The notes beneath the pieces are model-generated. The model saw nothing but the letters and a program-made list of their open reading frames with translations. It made no database searches and had not been told where the DNA came from. A DNA stretch of 64,000 nucleotides, filler included. It is 15 parts of 15 records of this genome, joined end to end, with 100 filler letters (N's around TTAATTAATTAA, not from the genome) between each part and the next. Parts side by side here need not be neighbours in the genome. Positions count along the whole stretch, not along the records: positions 45,897 to 49,711 come from SRR7504441_32915; positions 49,812 to 53,341 come from SRR7504441_33033; positions 53,442 to 56,454 come from SRR7504441_33348; positions 56,555 to 60,893 come from SRR7504441_33506; 11 more parts are not named here. One strand, written 5' to 3'. A program made the translations under genes and the position numbers. Numbering within the stretch: position 1 is the stretch's first letter; the number at the start of each line of letters is the position of its first letter. Shown one piece after another: positions 46,647 through 57,772 of the stretch.

Positions 46647-47741
46647 ATGCTGCTGTTCGGCTTGCGATGGGTCGTGGGCTCCCTGACGATCTGGGCCGAG
46701 TGGTTCTGGAGCACCACGCCCTGGCTTCGGCAGTCTCCGAGCGCCACTGTGCTCTACACGCTCAGCTGCCTCCTTCCGATGCTCTCTGTGCTGCTGCTGT
46801 GGCTGCCGCTCGAGGCGTGGACGCTCGCCCGATTGCTGCCGGATTTGATGCGCTGGCGTGGCAAGCCGCTCTCGGCCGTCGCAGCAGGCACTGCCAAGTC
46901 GTTTACGGGGCCTCGACTCGGGAGCTACAACGTCCAGTCTTGCATTGGCGGTGACCTGGCGGTGAACGTCGAGCGCACTGCTCGCGCACTCGTGGCAATG
47001 GAGCTTGATGTCGTGGCCTTGCAGGAGGTCGAGTGCTACCAGGTGCCACTGCTCGCAGCTGCGGCTGGCTTCAGTCATCATCGCTTCATGCGGCTTGGTC
47101 GAAGCTGTGTGTTCGGCGAGGGCTCGTATGGCGTCGCCATCCTCTCGAGGACATCAATTGCCGAGAGCCGCGAGGTGCTGTTGACGCGGTGGTGGTGGCG
47201 ACATCAAAAGGGCTGTCTCCTCGTCCGCGTGGGCGTAGCCGCTCCAGCGCTGGCCGACAGGCACCCCACCGATGCGACGGTGGCCGGTGCGAAGCGCCCT
47301 CTCTGGTTTGGCTCGGCGCATCTTCAGAATGACGTGACGGGCCTCGAGAACAGCGCCCAGCTGAAGGAGCTCGCATCACATCTCGCACACCTGCCGGCGT
47401 GGGTCGTCGGTCTCGACGCTAACATGCTCTCATGCAAGCTGCGGCTCGCGGCCGCGGCGTCCGGCATGCTGGAATGCTGCGGAGAGACGCACGGCGCCAC
47501 TTTCCCGGCGTCGCGGCCACTCTACAGGCTGGATGCGCTGCTGACGAGCGCAGCCGCCGACCACAGCGTAGGCGTGGTTGTCGGCATCGAGGAGGATTGC
47601 CGCGCGCGTATGGCCAGCTGGGATTCGCAAACGGGTTGCCACATCAGCGATCATCTTCCCGTTTGCGGACGCGTCACCGAGCTCGGAGTTCCAACGGACG
47701 CGTGGGCGCGAAGGCAGCATCATGAGCATCCTACCAAGTAA
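46647..47741 (+). CDS. Membrane-anchored endonuclease/exonuclease/phosphatase (EEP) family protein
   Basis: 'SYNV', 'DVVALQEV', 'GVAILSR', 'SAHL', 'GLDAN', 'RLD', 'SDHLPV'. Confidence 0.85.
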   Translation: MLLFGLRWVVGSLTIWAEWFWSTTPWLRQSPSATVLYTLSCLLPMLSVLLLWLPLEAWTLARLLPDLMRWRGKPLSAVAAGTAKSFTGPRLGSYNVQSCIGGDLAVNVERTARALVAMELDVVALQEVECYQVPLLAAAAGFSHHRFMRLGRSCVFGEGSYGVAILSRTSIAESREVLLTRWWWRHQKGCLLVRVGVAAPALADRHPTDATVAGAKRPLWFGSAHLQNDVTGLENSAQLKELASHLAHLPAWVVGLDANMLSCKLRLAAAASGMLECCGETHGATFPASRPLYRLDALLTSAAADHSVGVVVGIEEDCRARMASWDSQTGCHISDHLPVCGRVTELGVPTDAWARRQHHEHPTK

Positions 47742-48173
47742 GACAAGCAGAAGTCGAACGGTACATGTACTGTATACAGTCGAGACTCTGCACACACTGG
47801 CAGAAGGAGAAGATAGTGCACGCGATGAATGTTCCACTCTTAATCTACTTTTTCACACAACACCGGTTGTGACACATACGCGACGTATCACGTGTTCACG
47901 TCTACCGTACTACCGCGGGCTGCCGTACCGGTTACCGCGTTTTACGTTACTTTTAGCTCGCGCGGCGCGCGCACCCGCAAAAGCCGCACCCCCGCGGCCC
48001 GTGGTGTAGTACGGTCACGACACGCACCTGGAGGGATCCCTTATTTTTACCTTATTTTGCAATCAATTACAATCACATGTGTAAGAATTGTTTTCGGTCG
48101 CTATTCGGTCGCAATTCTATTGCATTTTTACACATTTTTACATGATGTTAATAGCCTAGCTAGCCTGAACTGG

Positions 48174-49650
48174 TTATCGTGCAAGTGCTATTGCTAGTAG
48201 GCCCTTGCCTTCGTCTACATGGGTCTCTCCACTCCCGACGATGATGTAAATTGCTGTGCGCATTGCCGAGATCTGCGCCTCGAAATCTTTCAGGCGGCCA
48301 GCCACATGCGGCTGCTGCGCGTTTTGCCGGGAGTGCAACTCAGTCGAGTCCCTTGTCTCTACAGAGATCTGGTCTAGCATTTGGAGATATGTACTGTGCA
48401 GCTCCGCGATGTGCTGCACAACTGCCTCCAGCAGCCGGCTCGATCGCCTACAACTCTGAGGATTAGCACAGGCAGAGCAGGCTGGCACCTGGCCAAGTCA
48501 AGCAGCGCCTCCTGCTCGACCAGCCCAGCAGCCTCCTTACCCACCGCGTACAAATGCTGAATCACTTGGCAGCTCAAGCTGGCCACGGCTACTGTCATGA
48601 TTCTAGATAGCGTCCCGAGCCCTGAAGATGCGTGGACCTTTCCCTGGCTCAGCCCTATGGCTGCTGCGGCTTCACCTGTGGGTCGCCTTCCTCCAGAATA
48701 CTGGCTCTGAACTCGCCCATCACTTGAAATAACGCTTGGTGCCACCCTGAGCACCCGGTGAGCGGCTGCTTGTCGCTTTGCCACACCCGAAAAGGCTTGC
48801 TCAAGCAGCTCCTCGCCTGGGTGTGAGCTAGTTGATTGCTGATCGCCTTTATCAAGAAGCTCAGTGACAGCGCTGACAGCAGCGCTGTTGTCCACAAGAG
48901 CACTGGCCTGTTGCAAAACGAGCTTGAGTTCCAAGCACCAGGGTGTCGCTACCTTTGCCCGACTATCCAGCTGCCTCTTAAGCTGTGCCGCTGCAGCACT
49001 CGTCTCCAGCTGCTCCAGCACCAATGTGCCACCAAGCTGCTCGAAAGCGTCCTCAAAGGTTGTAGAGCCCGCCTCAGAGACAAGCTCCATGCCCAACACT
49101 TGGTCCCTGTCGCCAACACAGAGTGTCAAGCCAGCCATCCAGAAGCGCACCGTTGAGGGTCAGGAGCAAGCTGAACAGCCGACGAGCAGCCCGCCTGATC
49201 CTCGTCAGCGAAGTCAAACACGTCTTCGATGTCCCAGCTCGGCGGCTGTTCTTTTGGTGCCTCCGTCTCCGACCAGTCTGCAGCTAGCGTAGATTTGACT
49301 GCATCTTTGGTCGACTTGAGTGTGTCGCGAACTGCCCCAATGGCCGATCCTGCACAAATACGTTCTTCAGCGGTGGCCAGCGTTGCGCTGACCTCCAAGC
49401 TGTGTCTCATCAACCTTTGAGCGAGCATCAATTAGCATGTCCCTGGAGTCGAGAAGCATTCCAGCCCCTTCGTGGGCCACCTCGGATACCAGTGCTATCC
49501 CGACCTGTCCGAGCACTCAACAAGCCGGTGTGAGCTGCCTGCACCTGGCTCACTTCCTTGCCTGTATCCCTCACAAAATGCAGACCCTCCTCAGCCACCC
49601 CCCGGATGAGACTCTTGAATGTACTCACGCCTGCTCTACTCCCATCACTC
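48174..49650 (-). CDS. Helical protein, possibly FAM114/DUF719-like; multi-exon
   Basis: 'FEDAFEQLGG..VLEQLE' resembles the FAM114 conserved segment; frames linked by short introns. Confidence 0.4.
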
Positions 49651-50220
49651 TCATCCTGTGTGCCTGGCTGCGAGCTGGCATTGCCTCCGAACCCGGCGTA
49701 TTTGTTGCTCGNNNNNNNNNNNNNNNNNNNNNNNNNNNNNNNNNNNNNNNNNNNNTTAATTAATTAANNNNNNNNNNNNNNNNNNNNNNNNNNNNNNNNN
49801 NNNNNNNNNNNCTAATCGTCAATAAAGTGATTTGAGTCTCTAGGTTACTGGTCACTTTTGGGTCATGCACTTAGGTCACTTAATGTGCGTCAACAATGGT
49901 ATCACATAAGATTACATGTACACAAGAGGACACGAATCTCATTTATTGTAAGCATTGGCTATTTGTATATTAAGCCAAACCGCGACCTCAAGTGTCTGAC
50001 TAACGAACTTGAAGGGCATGTAAGGCTCCATACTCGAGATAATAACGAGTCGATGTGCAGAGACAGGTTGGCACAAGTGCTACTGCACCTTGAAACGACC
50101 GCATCTCAGTATCGACATTTGATCAACAAGAAATGATGAGCTGGCACAAAAAGTTGGGCTGAATAAAACGAATCAGCACACGCGATGATTGGATTCCATA
50201 TTGGCTGTACACGCTGCGCA

Positions 50221-53200
50221 TTACGCACGGTACTTATATCCGGTGCCCGCTTCATCTCGCTCCAGGTACTCACGCTGGATCAGATCCTCAATTCGCTTCT
50301 TAATGATCCGCGCGTCCGGACGGAACAGCACTGAGAGCGCTTGGATCACTTCGTTCACCAGGGCGGAGTGTGTTAGAGTGACACGCGACTGCCCAGCACA
50401 GGTCACATGCGCACTGCATGAGGCTCACCTTCATTACACGAACTATGCACGCCTCGATGGCCAGTTTCCGGTCCTGCTGAACGTTCTCGTGGACCTCCTG
50501 AACCTGCTTCTCGTCGGTCTGCATCACAACCAGTGGAATCGACACACGATTCTTGAGCGGAGAATAGTCAAAGTTCACCTGTTGGTGCCCAGTCAGTCGG
50601 CTGGGACCCGATACATTTACCCGGAACACGTCTCCGTTGTTGATATCCTTGCCCTCCGGCTCCTTGAGCAGGATCTTCTCCTTCTGGACAGTGAGCGACT
50701 TGAGGTACTTCTTGAGCTCGCGTGCGTCAATCCGGAGCGCTGACGCGATCTCCTCGAGCGCCAGCCTCTCGTTAGCGTTGAATAGCAGCAGAACAAACGC
50801 CTGCACAGACCATTCTCAGCCCAGGCAGCAGAGGACAAGCAGGCACCTGTATGGTAGAGACCACAAGCTGTATCTTGCTGTCCTTGCCCTTCTTGCCGTC
50901 CTTCTTCTCCTTAGCTTTCTTGGCCCCGCCGATCGTGAACCCGTGCATCTCTACAGTGTTCTTGCCCATTGTGTGCACCCAGCGCAGCTTTCGGTGGGTC
51001 TGCTTGGCCGCATAATACTCTGTGAACTCATCCATGCACCTGCTCCTGCTCAGCGCAGCCCTCGTGGCCAGCTACTTGACAATCTCAGGAGGGATGTTCA
51101 GCTCCTCCGGCGAGGTGTAGGTTGGCCAGTACCCGTGCGTGAGCACTTGCACCTGGATCTGGATCGTGGTTGGCTGCCACAGGCTCAACCGACTGGACCA
51201 GCCACTGTGTACCTTGCCGCCGTCCTGCGCCTCAGCGAGCACAATCTTGCCGTCAGCGTGCTCGTCCTCAAAGTTGTGCTGGAAGTCCTTGGAGGTGCTC
51301 AAGTCCTGCGCACGGGGTGAGCCTGTTTGGTTGGGGGCTGGCACCTGGACCATCCCGGCCATCTTGGCGGTGAACTGTGAGCCGCACTGCATCTTGAGCT
51401 TGAGGATCATGTCGGACTCGAGGTGTTCCCTGACCAGGCTCGCCCACGGCCACACCGGCCCGGCACCGCATGTTGTTGGACATGAGCAGCCGCTTGGCCA
51501 GCTGGATCCTGTAGAAGTCGGCAAAGTAGTCCTGCGCTCGGGCTGAGCGCCGGCTGGGTGAGCGAGTGCGCCTTCTCCTGCAGGTGGTTGAAGAGCTGCA
51601 CGGTGCTGTCCAGCTGGTTGTTGATCACATCGTCGTCCACCTTCTGCGCGTTCTTGAGCGTGCTGTGGCACAGTCTGTATTAGCTCAGCATGCAGCTGAG
51701 TCACCGGTCGCAGAAGTCTGCCATCAGCTCAGCCGAAGTCTTAGTCTTGCCCTTGACTGTCACGTCCCTGTTCACTACCTGCGCCCCAGCTCAGCACCAC
51801 GGCCGGAGAGTGCGTTTGGGGCACCGCCTCGAAGGCCTCCTTGAGCGCCTTCTGGAAGACGAGGTGCGATTCGAAGCAGCCGTTCACGATGTTGGCAAAG
51901 TTGTTGTAGCGCTCGAGCAGCCGCTCAATCAGGTTGACCGACTCCTCCTCGTTGCACGTGTCCACCACTGCGTTGCCCTCTTCGACCACGTACCCGCGCA
52001 TCAGGTCGCCAATAGGCTGCAGGCCGTTTGGCAGAGACTTGACTGAGAAGAGTCTGTACATCCGGCACATGTCCTCGTTCGCGTGATTAGCCAACAGCGC
52101 GATCACTCCGGTGTCCTTCTCGATCAAGCGCTGCTGGTGCACCTCGAGCAGCTCGTGTTCGGCTGCCTCGAGCAGCTTGGACTCGGTCGACTCGTGCAGG
52201 TAATTGCGCACCCGCTCGCGCTCGCTCTGCCAGCCAGGTCAGCCCGCAGCAGCAGAGCCAGAGCTCACGTCCAGGTAGGTCTCGGCCTTGAGCATGTAGT
52301 GCGGGAAGCCTTCCTCGTCAGTCATCACACTAGCTTTCTGTGCGTAGTACTTGTGCGTCCTCTCTATGAATTCCTTCTCAAAGTCCTCCTGCGGGTCGAC
52401 TCAGCCAAGCACGACCAGCACTCGCCTGGTAGCACGACAGTGTGATCTCAGATTGGGCCACCCCGTCCGGCTGCTGGTCGATATTATCGCTCAGCCCCAT
52501 ATCACAGAAGATCTGGCCATGGCTCAGCCTGCGAAGCGCGCTGGTTCTCTCACCCCGACCACAGCCTTGAGCAGCCTGTGGTCCACTTCGCCGGACTCGC
52601 GCTCGGAGAAGACCAGCTCCAGCATCGCGTCGCGCACCCGGTCTTTGATCGGATCGAACACGTGGGCCTTGAAGCACTTCAGTGCTGCCAATCAGGAGTC
52701 AGATGCACAGCCTGCCCTTCGCGCAGCGGACCGACAATCCTGGTCGAGTCCAGATTGTGCCTAGGTACATGGTACCGGTCCTGTGGCAGTCCGAGTTCAG
52801 GGCCAGCCGTCCATGCCAGCGCAGCCGGTGCGGGTCACCAGATATTTGAAGAAAATGTTGGAGAGGTAACGCATCATCTGGCGCTGGTTCTTCCAGCGCT
52901 GCACCAGCTCTTTGAGCTGCGCACACCACACCAGCCGGATCACGTCGACACCAGGGCGGCCGCCGGGCGCGGGGGGGGGGCGCACCATTTCGACGCCCTC
53001 GAGGCTGCGCACTGCGGGCAGGACGCTCCCGAGCAAGTAGTCCTTAAACGACTCGGAGTAGCGCGAATACATGGCCTCGGTATGGTTGCCGTTCTTCTGG
53101 GTGCACATCCGGTAGACGATCCTGCGCCGGGGATCAGCTCAGCGGGCCGGGCTCAGCAGCGCAGCACGTGTAGGCATTGGACGAGTCAGCCACTGGGAAG

Positions 53201-53341
53201 TCCTCGTTGGAGCCGCCCTCGATGATCTTGATGATCTTGAGGATGGACGCGTGGGTTCTGTTCCAGCCATCCTCCAGCCCGATGGGCTCCTGCCCGCCGG
53301 ACCCCCCACGTCACCGAGCTGCATTTGAACACCGGCGGGCC
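50221..53341 (-). CDS. Cullin (cullin-1-like); about 10 short introns; start probably cut off
   Basis: 'YRMCTQK', 'LKMQCGSQFTAKMAGM', 'VLTHGYWP', 'HRKLRW', neddylation motif 'IEACIVRVMK', C-terminus 'IKKRIEDLIQREYLERD...YKYRA'. Confidence 0.95.
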
Positions 53342-53441
53342 NNNNNNNNNNNNNNNNNNNNNNNNNNNNNNNNNNNNNNNNNNNNTTAATTAATTAANNN
53401 NNNNNNNNNNNNNNNNNNNNNNNNNNNNNNNNNNNNNNNNN

Positions 53442-55371
53442 GGCCGCGATGACGGCTGAGCAAAGGGCAGACGCCATGGTCACTATGTCGCCTCAGCAAC
53501 GGGCAGCATTACTCGTCAGATTGACCCCTCAGCAAAGGGCCGTCACACTGGCTGCGATGACTGCTGAGCAGAGGGCAGCAACGCTGGCTGCACTGAGTCC
53601 AGCGCAAAGAGCAGCAGCATTGGCTGCAATGAGACCAGAGCAAATTGCAGTGGCACTGGACGCGATGACACCAGACGAGAGGGCAGCCACTTTGGCTGCG
53701 ATGAATTCCGAGCAGAGGGCAGCTGTACTGGCTGTGATGGATGCAGATCAAAGAGCAGAGGCATTGACGATGGACAGAATGAGGAGAGACCAGAGAGCCG
53801 AAGCAATGGATAGAATGACCTCTCGGCAAAGGGCATCGGCATTGGCTGCAAAATCACCTGCAAGTGTGGATGGACACCTGATGCTGCGAGCAATGGACCA
53901 GAGATCAGCGGTGCTGGGTGCAATCGACGAGCTTGCCACAAGACAAGATGAGCAGGCAGAAGCTAATTACACCGCGTTGTGGATGGAGGAGCACCGTGCA
54001 CGGGCCCGAGCTATTGCGCACCAGCGGCTTGTGCTAGGAGGGGTACTCCACCATCGCCAGCAGATGGCCATGTCGAGGCTGGATGCGGACCAAGCTAGGG
54101 CGGATGCTGAAGAGCAGGCAATGCGAGCAGAAGTCGCAAAGCTTGAGGCTGAAGAGCAAGCAAAACTTGCAATGGCGGAAGCAGAGATGACCAGACGTGC
54201 CGCTGAGGAACAGGTGGCAAGGAGCAGGGCGGAAGCTGTGTCATTGAGACAAGAAATTGAGCAGGAGGCTGCCAGGGCCAAGCTGGAAGCCGAGGGCTTG
54301 CGCCGGGAAGCAGAGGAGCAGGCTGCCCGGGACAGGGCTGAGACTGAGAGAATCAGGCGAAAGGGAAGGGACGAGACCGCGCAAGCCTTAGCAGACTTAA
54401 TGGAGACAAGATGCGTGCTGGCTGAAGCGGAGATGGCCAGGAAATCAGCGGAGTTATCTGCGGAGCTTGAAGCATCACGGAGAAGCGAAGAAGCTAAGGC
54501 AGCAAAAGCAAGGGCAGACGCCGAAACTGCCTGGGCTTTAGCTTCAAGACAGGCCGCTCGTGAAAAAGCACTACGGCAGAAGACGCTCATGGCCAAGGGT
54601 GCCGAGAAAATGCGGGCAAAATCTTCAGGTGCACCACGGTCGAGTACACGAGTCAGGGCCTCCAGGAGCTCAGGTGCCCCGTTGAATGCTGAAGCTGTAC
54701 GACGGCATCTGCTCGAGGAAGACTTGGCGAATACGCCTCCCGAGGCTAAACATAAACAGGCTTTGAGACATTCGGAGCTCGATGTGACAGGAAGCTTAGC
54801 CAGTGCGATGAATTCTATTTTAGACACACCAAACCAGATACTGAAGCGTCAGGTGTCGACCCACACTCGCAGTGCTGCAAACACGACAAGCACAGAGAAC
54901 GCGGAAGACAGGTGGCTGACCAGTCAAGATGAGCTTGCGTTAGCAGGACCGCATGAGCTCGATGCCGATTCCCCGGAATGGGCTGCCTCGAGTGTGGAAG
55001 GCGGTGCTTCACCCAGTAGAATCGGCCACTTCCGGAGATTATTGAGTCAAAGATACACGAACGTCGGTCGGCGAGAGGAGGCCCCGAGTAAGCTAGGCGC
55101 CGGAGTGAAGGCATCACGGAGCTACGGCAACCCTGAGGCTCCTTTGTTAACAGTGCCGGCCACACGGCAGGCCGACACGCAGCAATGGCTTTGGTCGCCA
55201 ACGGCTACTCATGCAGAGGCCTCTATCCAAGCTGGTGTGCCCACAATCGACTTGAGAATCACTCTGGCAGCTCAGTCGAATTTTGATCGTACGCAAATCC
55301 CACAGCCAATCATGCCTTCGAGTAATTTTGACATGACAAGAAGTCGCGCTGCCGGGGTAGAATACACCTAG
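53442..55371 (+). CDS. Protein with 12-aa tandem repeats (MTxEQRAAxLAA) followed by coiled coil; 5'-truncated
   Basis: About 11 repeats at 53449-53850; long open frame. Confidence 0.75.
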
Positions 55372-55559
55372 CGTCTGGCCATGGGTTGCGGGCGCAGACG
55401 GCTAGTAAGCGCATGAATTCGGTATATCCTAGCATTTAGTTACGAGATTACTAGAAAACTGGTCCAAAATGTGACCTCTTTATATTACTCGATTGATTTA
55501 ATTACTATGTACTTGTGATAGTAATTAATCATTTAAATTAAAATACAGCATTGATTACC

Positions 55560-56420
55560 TCATGGCCTTGGTCGTTGCGCCACAATGTTTGATATGGTTG
55601 TCAACAACTCGCCCGGTCTCACGTCGTCAGCCCGGAGATGACCCGACTCCACCGCCTCAGTCCACAGACTCGAAGCATTCGAAGTGACCTCCTTATGAGA
55701 CTGGGCCCCACTAGTTTGATCATCAGTCGACCCCGCCGCGGCCGCTTCTTTCTCGGCAGCCATCTGGCTCGCACGTTGCTCAGCAGCTACCCGCAGCCCC
55801 CGCTCGAGCTCTAACTCGCCCTCCGCAGCTCTGATCTCGCCCTCAAGTTCCCCAAGCCGCTCGCTCTTCCGCGCACTCTCCTCCTCCGCCTGCTCGCAAC
55901 GCCTCCCCAGCGACTCCACCCGACGCCGCAGCCTCTCCATCTCCTCCGCCTGCCCCCCGCTCAACCCTCGCCACCTTCTCTCGTGACACCTGCCGGGCTT
56001 CCCCCGCCCTGCCGGCCTCGGTCTCCGCCCGCCGGCCTGCCTGGCCCATCCTGAGCAGCGCGTTCTCTTGCACCAACTGCCGGCGCTGCTCCTCAAGCAG
56101 CTCGAGCTCCGGCTCCCGCGGCCGGGCCGGCCGTCGGTCCGGCGAGGCTTTGGCTCGGGCCACCTGCTTCAGCAGCTCTGATATCCGTTGCTCCAACTGC
56201 CCGGCCCTCCGGCCCTCCCGCTGGAGCTGCGCCCGGAGCTGGCCGTTCTCGTCAGCGAGCCGGCGGCGCTGGTCCAGCACCTGGCCCGGGCGGTCAGTGC
56301 GGCCCTGCCACAGGCCACCAGCTCGAGTTCGCTGCCCGCCTGCACCATTCTGCTTGCCGTTACATTCAGTGCGGCTCCGGCCCATGGAGAGCCGGGTTCC
56401 GCCCCAGCCAGGTTCCGAGA
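55560..56420 (-). CDS. Coiled-coil protein; multi-exon
   Basis: E/R/L heptads in frames 55843-56433 and 55560-56096. Confidence 0.55.
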
Positions 56421-56828
56421 GCAATTCGCACAAGCCGCGGTTCCTGCTACGCGTNNNNNNNNNNNNNNNNNNNNNNNNNNNNNNNNNNNNNNNNNNNNTT
56501 AATTAATTAANNNNNNNNNNNNNNNNNNNNNNNNNNNNNNNNNNNNNNNNNNNNGTAATCTCGGGCAGACTGAAGCGCTCCCTAATTCGAGTCATGATGC
56601 CTGCACTGAGCTGCATGTAGCGCTAGATGATTGTAGCGGCGCCGGTGTACCTCGATATAGTCTTCTCCTGAACCATCGACCGTCCCGGCTTGTCAGTGCT
56701 TGCCATCGCACCTCATCAGCCTTCCGCTCGTGTCGTGCGCTTGTCCGTTTTGTCACACGAAGCGGTGGGAGCGGACGCCCGAGCGCCGCCGCGCGCGGAG
56801 GAGGGACGGGCGCGCGTTGAGGGCAGCG

Positions 56829-57440
56829 ATGAGCGAGCCAGCTGAGCTGCGGAGACTACTGCGCGCCGGGCGCAAGCGCATCGCCGACTTGAAGCGGCAG
56901 CTCACCGAGTTTCAGAGAGAATATGCCAAGTCCGAGCGGTTGGCCGTGCTGTACAACAACGAGGCTGACCGGCTGGCGGCTGTGCTCGGGGAGGAGCTGG
57001 CCCCGTCTGCGGCCGATGGGTTCTTAACCCACCGCGACGCGTATGCACTCAATATGGCGATAGCCGCCCGGGGCGCGCCGGCTGACTCCACCGAAGGCCC
57101 GGGGCGGAAGCGGAAGCGTGAGCCCGGGCCGCTGGATGAGATGGCGGGAGCCGAGACCGAGGGCAAGTACGTCAAGCTGGACGTGCTCTGCGGGGTGGCT
57201 CAGGTGGATCATAAATCTGGCGCCAGCAAAGCGGAGTCGGCCGGCTCGAACGTGGGTGGAATTGGAAACAGCCAGTCCGAGAGTGGCTTGAACTCTGCTA
57301 CGTCAGTCGGGGGCCAGCCGTTCCCGGGCTGCTCCGAGCTGCTCACCATCGGGGACTCGGTGACTGAGATTTATGACCGAGCCTTCTCGGGCTGCGGCCA
57401 GCTGGGCTCTGGGGCTTTCTCGGCCGCGATTGAGTGCTGA
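56829..57440 (+). CDS. Small coiled-coil protein ending in degenerate BspA-type LRRs
   Basis: 'TIGDSVTEIYDRAFSGC', 'GSGAFS'. Confidence 0.5.
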   Translation: MSEPAELRRLLRAGRKRIADLKRQLTEFQREYAKSERLAVLYNNEADRLAAVLGEELAPSAADGFLTHRDAYALNMAIAARGAPADSTEGPGRKRKREPGPLDEMAGAETEGKYVKLDVLCGVAQVDHKSGASKAESAGSNVGGIGNSQSESGLNSATSVGGQPFPGCSELLTIGDSVTEIYDRAFSGCGQLGSGAFSAAIEC

Positions 57441-57772
57441 GCGGCTGAGCGTGTACACTAGCAAAGATGTTGATCAGATGTTGAAAATATAGGGCTCTTA
57501 GCGAGCCCGGGCCCAACGTCTCGATTATTTGTATAGGGTTAATACCGATAGATGTTTGAAGTTAGAACTACTAAAGATGATGATTCTTTAAAAGAGGCTA
57601 CTCGTACTAAGCGGATTGTTCTGTTCGGGCGCGAGGAGACAACTGAGTAACAACTGAGAGAGCTTGCTATTAATTAACTTAAACCACATTGGCCAATCTG
57701 CACATCAAAGTGCTCCATAATCATGCTACCGATGTGCATGCAATATTATGGTACGGGTAGCCGTATAACTCA

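Noticed and set aside
15261-53341. Stop-codon reassignment or programmed frameshifts in broken ORFs (syntaxin, CLC, cullin)
   Set aside because: The breaks I checked are explained by short introns; TAA, TAG and TGA all occur as real stops
2308-54827. Long antisense or overlapping ORFs (e.g. 2308-3030, 16996-17808, 39271-40236, 53967-54827)
   Set aside because: Expected shadows of GC-rich or coiled-coil coding sequence; no recognisable motifs
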